Shown here: piece by piece, positions 39,322-49,821 of the stretch
How positions within the stretch are numbered: position 1 is the first letter of the stretch
Layout of the letters: each line of letters starts with the position of its first letter
Origin: Octopus bimaculoides
Taxonomy: Eukaryota
Assembly (NCBI RefSeq): GCF_001194135.2
Contig: NC_068987.1
Coordinates: 32,978,171-33,042,170, forward strand
DNA length: 64,000 nt
Reading direction: 5' to 3'
Program-made: the position numbers and the translations under genes
The notes under the pieces: model-generated
The model's input: only the letters and a program-made list of their open reading frames with translations
What the model was told of the DNA's origin: nothing
The model's database searches: none

Positions 39322-39428
39322 TATTGGAGCAAGGTGAAATAAAGTACCTTACTCAAGGACATAACGATTCGTTGTTCCAAGAATCGAACGCATGATTTAT
39401 ACTAATGCACCCAATGCTCTAACCGACA
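39322..39428 (-). mobile_element. tRNA-derived SINE, family C head fragment
   Basis: gagcaa.gtgaaataaagtaccttactcaaggaca...aatcgaac, homologous to 57045-57150. Confidence 0.6.
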
Positions 39429-39896
39429 ATATACATCTCACCACACACACACATATCTATATGTGTACAGATGAGTGTGTACGTATACACATGAACACAC
39501 ACGAACACATGCATATACACAGTGACTACAACAGCATTCTATTTGAATTAATAATGATTGCAGGTTTCACTTTGTAACTGCAACTTTCGCTAGTGATTAA
39601 AAATATTTTTCAAATGGCTTCAATCAGAAATTGGAAGCGGAATAGCGGATATGGATGTCTGGTAACTTATTTCTTCCACAACATTGCTCGCCGCATCATT
39701 CCAATAATTTGATATTGATTAGATTTTGATTAGTACCTGCTAGAGAGTTAGCCAGAATAGCCAAAGCTGTAGTGAGTTGAGTAAAATATAATTATTCAGT
39801 TTGTCTTCATTGTATTTTGTGTCTAAAACTCTGTATCTTTTCAATTCAGATCAGGGGTGTCTACGAGTTGAGACATCTGTTGTCGATCATCTTGCT

Positions 39897-39897
<1 letters not shown>

Positions 39898-39961
<64 letters not shown>

Positions 39962-39982
39962 NNNNNNNNNNGAGAGAGAAAG

Positions 39983-40027
<45 letters not shown>

Positions 40028-40040
40028 GGATAGAGAGCAG
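39898..40040. repeat. (GA)n microsatellite with 10-N gap
   Basis: Direct inspection. Confidence 0.95.
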
Positions 40041-42495
40041 ATATGTCACTACATGTTCTTAAAAATGACACTTTGGAGAGTGTTGTCCGGAATGGGCTAG
40101 GTATAAAAATCTAGATAAACGTCGCAAGCTGTCATTTGAACGCTGGTAATATCTCATTCCGGAAAACAAATAGGAACAACATTAGAAGATTTAGTTCGGC
40201 TTTAAGCATGTGGTCATGTGCAGCTGTAAGAATAAAATAATGCTTCCTACTTTTTCGAACTGTACTCGTGTAAATATTTAATACATGCAACGGTATGGAT
40301 GAGTTATGATAATTTATCCGTAGCGCCATCCTGTGCCATCTAGCTATATGTACAGAAGGCTCAAAAGAGATATTCACTTTCATGTGGTCTTGATGATACT
40401 ATTCAAAGTAGTAGAATACTGGCTGTATGACATTTTGTTATATCATCTAATATTCTGTGGTTGCTGTAGAGATTAACATTCCAATACCAGGAACGTACCT
40501 GGGTAGATATACTCCCCTTCTTTCTTGTCTGCGAAATGTGTGACTGTGTCTCTCATATTAGATAATGCTATTTCAAATGCTGGTTTGGCAGAAACCTCTC
40601 GGTGCCGCGCTACATTTATGGAGGATTTTCAGGTTTTGATAGTATGCAACTGGCGAAGCCATTGTCTTTTACAGTGGTTTCTAGGCCTGCGACATGAAGT
40701 TGCTAATCGATGAATTATGGCGAACCGTAAGCAGTCACGAGTTGTGGTGATCATAGTGTCTGATGTATTTTCTTTGGTCGGTCTGTAATATTGACGCATA
40801 CGTTGTGGACAATGTTGCCAATCCTCTTGATCTACTAAACACTAGGTAATTGCAAATAACATTATTTGGTCATATTTCATATTAAAAAAAAACGTTATAA
40901 AGGGTGCCGTTCTGATATAACAATAGTGAGACATTGAGTTTTAATAAACTGATTACTTAATATAGGGAAGAGTACGTGTCAAGAAAATCAGCAGTGTCTT
41001 TCGTTGACTTCCTGCTGTAAGGACGGAGTGAATGAGGTAAAATGGTAGAAAGACTAGAATGCCTGTCCAGGCGTAATACTACACTTATTTACTTTCACGC
41101 TTCGAATTCGCATCTCGACAGCGACGACTTTGACCATCATCCCACCCATCTTCCTACACATACTGGCAAAATGTCATACCAGGTAAAAATCTATAGATGT
41201 ACTCTGTAGCAGAGCATAGAAATCTTGTGCATGTCAACAGTTAATTGATTATTAGGCTTGTCTATCTATGTGTGGCTTCTTGCCAAGTTAGCAATCAATA
41301 TATATTTCTCAGAGCGATGCAGAGCTGTGGAGAGAATACAGTTGAGAGTTGGCTAATATTGATTGCAACATTTAGTTGCATTTTAAGTTCAAATCACGTC
41401 GGGGTAAATGAAAGAACTACCACATAAATATCAAACAACTCACCTGACTTCACAGTGATAATAAGTTTTGCACATACGCGAGAGTACGCGTGCGCCTTTC
41501 TTTGTGTGTATGTGTGTGTGTGTGCCTGTGCGCCTGTGTGTGTGTGTATGTGCATGTGCATTTGTGAATGTGTGTTTGTTGATAAGTGAGCAATAAAATG
41601 GTATGTACATGTTCTTATTGGTATTTTTTGTTTAGGTTGCAAGACTATCTTTGAACTAGTGGAACAATTATTAGAACTGATTCAGGCCTAGCAATCTATC
41701 TTATGTCGAGATACACATATTTTACAGTATATTACACAACTTATTCTGTTTTAAGTTCGTAATTTTTAAGAAAAATTGGCTGCAATTTGTTTGATCAAGC
41801 ATATAGCGTCTCCATCGTTGGGTTTTATCCGTTAGGTTGGTGACAGTGACGATGTAAGTTCTCCTTCGCCTTATGCATTTGAACATGCTCGACATTTCTT
41901 TTTCTGGATGAATATTCCCCGCTCAAAAGTCAATCGAGCTAATTACCAATTGATTGATATCTTTCATTAGCAAAGGTTGATTATTTGACTCCATTCATCT
42001 CACTTGCATAAAATGGAATTTTTTCTTCCTTTTTGAAAAAAATAAAACTGTAACCAGCTGCATAAAGGTAAGGTTAGCAATATTGATTATATGGTCACGT
42101 TTTGAATCGCCGTAAACAACCTTTTATCACTAATATCTCTCATAAACAACAAACCTCGGGGGTAAACCTGAACACCACAGATTCCCCATTCTCATTTCAT
42201 TTCTCCTGGAAATGTCAATTTTATGGTTTCCACATAAATTACTCTTTTTTTTCTTCCGTAGTTACTTTTCATTTCTTAATTTCTACATTTGTTTTCTTCC
42301 CTCTTTCTTCCTGTTTCCTTCTCCGCAACCATTTATTCATTCTTTTATCAATTTATGTCAACTTTATTTCTCTGAGATTATTTTCTTCATTCTTACGTTA
42401 CATTATTCCTTATCCCCTCCGTCCCTTCCTTTCCTTTTTTATTTTTTCACTGCTCCATTTTGTTGTTGCAGTTGTCGTAGTTACTGTTGTTTTAC

Positions 42496-42506
42496 ATCAT
42501 CATCAT

Positions 42507-42540
<34 letters not shown>

Positions 42541-43385
42541 ATGATGATGATGATGATGATCATCATCATCATCTCCTTCTCCCCTCCTCCTCTTCCTCCT
42601 TCTTCTCCTCCTCCTCCTTCTTCTCCTCCTCCTCCTCCTCCTTCTTCTTCTCCTCCTTCTTCTCCTCCTCCTTCTTCTTCTTCTTCTTCTTCTTCTCATT
42701 CTTCTCCCCCTCCCCCTCCTCCTCCTCCTTCTTCTTCTTCTTCTTCTTCTTCTTCTNNNNNNNNNNNNNNNNNNNNNNNNNNNNNNNNNNNNNNNNNNNN
42801 NNNNNNNNNNNNNNNNNNNNNNNNNNNNNNNNNNNNNNNNNNNNNNNNNNNNNNNNNNNNNNNNNNNNNNNNNNNNNNNNNNNNNNNNNNNNNNNNNNNN
42901 NNNNNNNNNNNNNNNNNNNNNNNNNNNNNNNNNNNNNNNNNNNNNNNNNNNNNNNNNNNNNNNNNNNNNNNNNNNNNNNNNNNNNNNNNNNNNNNNNNNN
43001 NNNNNNNNNNNNNNNNNNNNNNNNNNNNNNNNNNNNNNNNNNNNNNNNNNNNNNNNNNNNNNNNNNNNNNNNNNNNNNNNNNNNNNNNNNNNNNNNNNNN
43101 NNNNNNNNNNNNNNNNNNNNNNNNNNNNNNNNNNNNNNNNNNNNNNNNNNNNNNNNNNNNNNNNNNNNNNNNNNNNNNNNNNNNNNNNNNNNNNNNNNNN
43201 NNNNNNNNNNNNNNNNNNNNNNNNNNNNNNNNNNNNNNNNNNNNNNNNNNNNNNNNNNNNNNNNNNNNNNNNNNNNNNNNCCTCCTTCTTCTTCTTCTTC
43301 TTCTTCTTCTTCTCCTCCTCCTCCTCCTTCTTCTTCTTCTTCTTCTTCTTCTTCTTCTTCTTCTTCTTCTTCTTCTTCTTCTTCT
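42496..43385. repeat. Compound (CAT)/(GAT)/(CCT)/(CTT) microsatellite spanning N-gap 42757-43280
   Basis: Direct inspection; explains poly-H/D/S/E/K ORFs. Confidence 0.95.
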
Positions 43386-44121
43386 CGGCTCTTCCTCTCC
43401 TTATCTTCCTTCTCTTCCTCATTCATGCGTATCATGTTTTATTTTCCATTTCTCTCTTTCTGGCTCTTACACTAACAGTCCATTTCTTTTCTATTATTCT
43501 GGCATTCTCGTTTTTCGCTTTCCATAGCCTTTCATTCTTCTGTTTCTTGTCTCTGTTCTTTTGTCTCTCCTCTCATTGTTTTTAAATGTACGTCAACAAG
43601 CTAGAGCTTTCGATTCATGACCATAAGCCTGTGGGTTCAATTCTCACACTCAACAACTCAGTCGTAATGAAGACCCCTCTCTCTCTCTCTCTCTCTGTCT
43701 CTGTCTCTGTCTCTGTCTCTGTATCTCTCTCTCACTCTCACACATTNNNNNNNNNNCTCTGTATCTCTCTCTCACTCTCACACATTCCCTCCAGCTGTTA
43801 CATGTCGAGTGAGTGGCTATGTCTGCTGGCGACTGCATCGGCATCTGAAACAATTAGTGAACACATCATGGTATATGTAACCAAATGATATTCATCTCCA
43901 AATAACAGCTGGCTGTGCATTCTTCTTCCTTTCTTTATACTTTCTTCTATTGTTTCGTTTTTTCTCACTCAGTCTCTTTGTTTAGTTCTTTGTTTGTTCT
44001 TTCCGTCTGTTTGTCTCTGCCTACCCCTCTTAGTTTGTTTCTTCCTTTCTTTCCCTCCTTCTTTCTCTTTTTCTCTTTCCCTCCTTCCTTTCTTTTGCTC
44101 AAATCACACTTTCTTTCTTTT

Positions 44122-44173
<52 letters not shown>

Positions 44174-45654
44174 CCTTTCTAACTATTTTTTCTTTCATTT
44201 CTTTCTCTCTTTCTCTCTTTCTTTCTCTTTCCGTTTCTGTCTCCCAATATCTCTCCGGGTGTTTATTTCTTTATTTGATTTGTTTCGTTTACCAATGTCA
44301 TTTCAGTTTTTCTTTCCAGAAACGATATGAAATCTGAGTCTATCTCTGTGACACTTCCTGTCAAAACAAAAAAAGACCAGAAGGGAAACAGACGCTACAT
44401 TATTTGTCTAATTGCATCATAACACTAATGAAATTCTATGATAAATATAATTAATAACAACAGTTGAATCAATAGCAGCGACTACAGTACATTACATCGT
44501 ACACGTTAGCACAAACACCTAACGGAAATCTAATGTCACATGCATTTCTGTTTGGTGCCACTTTTATTAAGCTTATGCTGGCGAATGTAAGAGCGTCTAG
44601 GTGGTGAATCGACTAGCTAGAAATGACAGCTAAATTTTCCTTAACCATTTAAAAGATGTAATTCAACTATGAATATTATAAATTTTTACATTTTCTTTGT
44701 TCCTGAGTGGTCTTTGATTATATTTCTTCTGTTATGTTGCTTATTTTTAATAGTATACCTAGTGAATACTGTAATGTAGCAGGACCCGTGGACATTTTAC
44801 GGTATTAGTCAGCAGATTTTTGAAAATATTATGTTAGTATATTAAACAAAATCAAGGACTTTCAAAAGATTGTTTTGACATCCTACCATTTAATAAGGCA
44901 TAACTTATTTACCTCCTTGTAGATGAGATGTCCTTTTATAGTTTAAGGAACTAAAAAAATGAATTTAAATGATAAAATTTATCCATATATAGTGATTAAA
45001 TGTTTGTTATTTATAATTTTGTTGAATGTCCCTGTACCATATATATTGTCAGAGATTAGAACAATCTCACAGGAGACTGAACTCGTTTCGAAATTATGAA
45101 CTCGTTTCGAAAAAAGACGATTGGAGTAATTTATTTGGAGTCAAGTTCTTGCGTGGACCTAAGAAAGGAAACGCAAAATCCGTTATAACATTATATGTAT
45201 TTAATTTAAAACCTCTGTCTCAAAAGTGTAACATTATCCGTTAAAGTGTTATGTTATTACTATAAATTCATAGCTATGAAAAAGGTGAAGTAATCATAAG
45301 AAATATGATATTCACAGCTGGAACGCTATTGACTGTACGTCAACCAACAAAACTGCTTCAAAATGTATGAAGTAGGAGCTCAAATTTACTAAAATGCAAC
45401 AGACAATCTTGACAAAATATATGTACACGTTCGTTTGTGTAGTTTCAGATATATTTTTGGATGCGTAAAATACCAGACGGTCATGGATAGAACACAAATT
45501 ATCATAGGCTTTTGGATCTATATGGAATGAGAGCAAGAATAAGGTAAAAAGAACAGGCACACACATGCACGCATGCTCGTAGACACGCATACCGTCATCT
45601 TCACCAACAGCAGCACTACTAGCAGCCGCACCATTACCGTGACAACAATAATCG

Positions 45655-45765
45655 TTTTTAATATAGGCAGAAGGCCTGAAATTTGGGAGGCAGGTGACTA
45701 GTCGATTACATCGACCCCAGTGTTCAGCTTGTGCTTATTTTATAGACCCGAAAATGGTTTGAGAC
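45655..45765 (-). mobile_element. SINE family A, 3' part only (head replaced by the RTE-like fragment)
   Basis: ataggcagaaggcctgaaattt...tagtcgattacatcgaccccagtg...tttatagacccgaaa, then homology stops. Confidence 0.75.
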
Positions 45766-45849
45766 AACGTTTGTTCTCGATAGGGGAGGAAGCAAAGAAC
45801 CGTTTGTTCTCGATAGGGGAAGAAGCAAAGGAGGAAACAAAGCGTTGTA

Positions 45850-46350
45850 GATGTGGCGCTTATTCTTCCGGGAGACAAAGCAGTGGCGCCTGAGGAGCGC
45901 CTAAGGGGCTTCGATAGGGATTACAGGACCCCGAGGTCCATACCTCAGCTACAGTTGATCAGATGGTACGATAACGTTTCCAACGAACAACACGCATCAC
46001 AATGCACCCTCCAACTCTTAGCTTTCTACTGCTTGCACTTGTACGGACATGTCCTCTACCTGCTTCCAGATCATCCTACCATGGCCTCCCGTTCGAAGCA
46101 GCAGTTCCGTCGAACGGGGTGGAAGAAGTCGCGTAGCAGGACCGGCACCAGATGGCTGGATGTGAAATAGGAAGATCTCCAGAGGTTCAACATCATCTTA
46201 AAGGATGCAGAGGATCTTCACGGGACCGTCAGCGATGGGGAGTACAAGTGGACCTGGTCGCCTCTACAAACAATGCCACCTCTGGGATCACAACATGGAT
46301 GACCCCGGCCTTACGAAGCACGAGTATGAAGCAAGCATGCATCCCCTGAC
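45850..46350 (+). mobile_element. RTE-like LINE 3' fragment (post-RT C-terminus)
   Basis: Locally GC-richer. Translation EERLRGFD...IRWYDNVSN...LYGHVLYLLPDHPT...GWKKSRSRTGTRWLDV..EDLQ matches the RLRWxGHV...RGRPxxRWxD motif of RTE-type ORFs. Confidence 0.75.
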
Positions 46351-47426
46351 ATAGAGGTTAATAGGTTGAAAGGCAGATAGATACACGTGGCTGTTGTTCC
46401 ATTATGGGTGCGCCTGCGTCTGATGTGTACATTTGCACGTGTATGAAGAGTGACAGTCAAAAAGATAGTGTATGTGAGTACATCGTCTAAAAAAAAATTC
46501 TCGAGAAATAGATAGAAAGAGATAAATAGCGAGATAGATAGATACATAGACAGATAGATAGAGAGGGAGGGGGAGAAAGAGAGAAAGTGGGCGAGACTGA
46601 TAGATACATTTGCCTATCGTAGAGTTGATCCAGGAGGAAATGTTTAATGATGTAACACTGTAGTTCTGTTGTTTATAGCAAACCTCCTTAAACTAATACG
46701 GGCCCACAACGTATTAACACGTCACAAAAGTTCATAGTGAGATATTGCTATCCGCCCGCCAAAGGGGAGCGATAAAAGCATTTTATTATTATTAAATGTC
46801 CTAATCCGATGCTTGGATTATTCTTCCGTAACGGATAGCTTTCACGCTAAGTGCTACTTCTGTTGGTTTTAAGAGATTATTGAATGCATTGAGCGTCATT
46901 AAAAGCTTTTGGAAATATTTCGATTTCTAACTTAGGCACTTGATCAGAAATTTATATGGAAAAGGAATCATATTTATGTGACGTTCCTGTCTCGTGGGTA
47001 TTATCTATTTAATTGATGCGAAATGGTTTCCAGCGGGAACTTAAATCGCGAGTTACTCCACATGTCGATTTTCAACATAAATAGCTCTGCAGCGTTTACC
47101 TCTTTATGTAAATATAATTTGTTTTACTTTGCTTGAAAGTATTGTTTTTAAGTAGTTGCTTTTATCTCTTTTTTATGGAAAGTCGAAATGGCTATTGTGA
47201 TCTTCATGAGTTTCTTAAAAGCATTAGCGGTTTTAATTTGGTTAAATATATTTAATTGAGGGTTATTGACATAGTGCTCTTGTGTCGATTCGCAAACAAC
47301 TAATTGTGGCTTTATCGCTCTCACCATGGGATATATAAATATTGATTCTGCCCCTTTGTTATCAGATAATAGATTGCTTTATCTATAGTATGATACACGG
47401 TAAACCTTGACTACGATTAATGTAAA

Positions 47427-47945
47427 TATGAAGGCTGTACCGAAAGTTATGCTAAGTGGCATGACTATATTTATTAACTGATATAGGTCGTTTAAACTGC
47501 ATAAGTTGTTAAAGTAACTTCCTCTATATTAACATTTTTCTATGCTTTTCACTGCGGGCAAATAATCGATTCCAAGTAGAAGCAACGTACTGTCATTGAA
47601 TGCTTGACGAAGGAGGGGTGTCTGGCTGTTCGGCATCCGCTGGATGTCACAACTTGTTTGCGGAGAGGACTACATTTACAGGACAATATGGGCATACGTT
47701 TGAAGAAGTTTAAAGATGTGAGCACCAGCACAGAAGACCATTCACGCAGTGGTAATTATTACCTTGGAATACAGACAGTAATCACTAGCGAGTGAACGAA
47801 AGGACTCTGCCAGTCAGACGGGTCACAATCCACAAGCTTGCAGTATAACTGAACTGAGATTACGATGCAATACAGAAGACGGTAGAAAACGTCGGCTATC
47901 AAAATGTGTGCAGAGTGGTTACCTCGACAGTGTTTGCCTCAACAA
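47427..47945 (+). mobile_element. Mariner 5' fragment (TIR-like end plus N-terminal transposase)
   Basis: Starts TAtgaaggctgtaccgaaagtt. Remnants EQRTVIECLTKEG, IRLKKFKDVSTSTEDHSRSG, RRVTIHKLA and a GYxKVCARWVPR-like segment ending EWLPRQ. Truncated by the element at 47960. Confidence 0.8.
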
Positions 47946-47959
47946 CCAGCTTAAAAAAG

Positions 47960-48890
47960 AGAATGGAGGAAGTGGTATGAAAACTCACAGCATATGTAGC
48001 TGGATATGATGGAAAGTGTCAGCTGTCCACAGCCAGCAGACTAAAGTGACACTTGTTTACTGGTCATGCTCCAGGAACCCCGCTAAGAATTCTTGCAGTC
48101 CCAAGCAATGCTGATTTTTGTAGGTGTTCTACCTTCATACTTGCACCGATCTTTTTCAGTCAAGTTGATAGTTGAGTGCCTAATACTTCCAAGTGCACCA
48201 ATTAATATTGGTATCACGTCTAGTCTCTTCTTTGACCACTACCTTCATATTTCTCACTTATTGCCCTCACATAATCTCTGTTCAGTAATTTCGGACATTT
48301 TCATAGCCTTCCATTTGTTGTCTGTACCCTCTAACAGGCACGCCGTTCGCATCTACTAGAGTGCTCCGGTAGTTAACACTCCACAAACATCATGTTTATG
48401 CCACTTATGTTTTGTAGCATAGCTAGTAGTTGCTGGATTACAACTGGGCCTACCCTGCTGCACACTGGGGTACCTGCCGGGTGCGATACCTTCACCATCG
48501 GTTCCATTCCCGTTCACACCTTTATCGTCATCTATTTTGCTTGGCATTTTCACTCGCAAATGAGGCGTGTTTTTAGGTTACTACGAACCGGTATTCTTAT
48601 CGAGACATCATCTCTATCAAGGTAGTCCGCCAAGGTGGCATGGGCCTTGCTCCCCTAGATTTGAACTCAGAGTATTTCTTTTCCTAGGCTGCTTGCCATC
48701 CAATGCTAACGAGAACAGCCTACTTGGAGCACTGGTTATTTGAAGGCGCCAGATACATGCTTATACCCACACTTCTGTCAGTTTGGCTAAGCAGTGGGGC
48801 TTGACTGTCAGAGGACGGGTCTGGTGCAGGCCACTGGGCCATTTTGTAAGTGATGGGCGCTCAATTACACTCACTACCCCAGCATAGACA
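47960..48890 (-). mobile_element. Internally deleted (bipartite) R4/Dong-like element: 5' UTR plus ORF N-terminus fused to RLE C-terminus plus 3' UTR
   Basis: Minus: MPSKIDDDKG...KHKWHK..VEC.YRS..GVPVRGYRQQM..EITEQRLCE, junction ~48262, then K*EI*R*WSKKRLDVIPILIGALGSI...LGTARILSGVPGA*. Confidence 0.75.
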
Positions 48891-48949
48891 AAAAAGTAAA
48901 AAAAAAACTAAATAAAATAACAAAATAAAAACAAATAAAAAATGAAATT

Positions 48950-48980
<31 letters not shown>

Positions 48981-49495
48981 TATTATTATTATTATTATTG
49001 AGTGAGAGAGCAACGCATGCCATCACTGTGGTACAAATATACGAAGCCCAATATTCTCATCATGACTACTCGTCAGATAAGAGCACACCAGGCACATGCA
49101 TCACAACCATATATGTGTGACATGGTGAGCTTGTATGAAGATAAACAGCGCAGGACGTTGCAGGTGGGGCCCTGCTAGAATATTCTCCTGGTTAAGTAGC
49201 CCATCCNNNNNNNNNNGGATGATGAACGAAACACCCATCTTTCGAAAGGTGAATTATTCCAACCCTAAAGAATTCCTCTTAACACATGGCTATGAATCCT
49301 CCTCATAATTCCTGCTCTTGATCAGAGATGCACATGACATCAGCCACCAAGGGACATGCTGAAGTGGTTACGGTCAAGCAACTGACAAGCAAATCTGTGG
49401 TATTGAGCATAATTTTTGCTGTAGCCCATCTTTTATACCAAGACTTATGTATGACAACACTCCCAAACAGTTAAGATGAGAAGCTATGAGAGCAA
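48950..49495 (-). mobile_element. Non-coding (TAA)n-tailed interspersed element (probable non-autonomous retroelement)
   Basis: ATT array 48950-48998 followed by ~500 bp without coding remnants. I recall it as an abundant octopus repeat (unverified). Confidence 0.55.
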
Positions 49496-49519
49496 GTGCG
49501 TGTTATTGCATCCGGGCAT

Positions 49520-49534
49520 TTATTATTGTTGTTA

Positions 49535-49617
<83 letters not shown>

Positions 49618-49758
49618 TTATGTTTGACTTTTGTTTTGCATTAGTACAAGTTGGATCCAAGTCTCACCCAGAGACCTCAAGAGACAACAAGTTAGAAGTT
49701 CATGTAGGTGTTATGCCTAGGGTACCATATATTTCGATTTGTACATAGTGTTGTTCTG
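49520..49758 (-). mobile_element. Short LINE 3' UTR fragment with long (TAA)n tail
   Basis: 49617-49758 is homologous to 126-255 (tatgtttgac...tttg...ccaagt..cacc..caagagaca...aagttcatgt.ggtgttatgcct.ggg). Confidence 0.85.
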
Positions 49759-49771
49759 TGTACAAATCGAA

Positions 49772-49772
49772 A

Positions 49773-49821
<49 letters not shown>

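Noticed and set aside
40132-40225. Minus-strand acceptor (ttttattcttacag) then AHDHMLKAELNLL...AFK*
   Set aside because: Unrecognised peptide with no upstream exons.
40490-40830. Minus-strand frame with one stop, faintly Tc1-like, ending at CAG|GTACGT
   Set aside because: No diagnostic motif or TIR; too weak to call either a transposase or an exon.
8094-43527. Long ORFs containing X runs or YI/CV/HT/SL/poly-residue tracts
   Set aside because: They are translations of N-gaps and microsatellites, not genes.
43717-43786. 30-bp direct repeat either side of a 10-N gap
   Set aside because: Overlapping contig ends left unmerged; assembly artefact.
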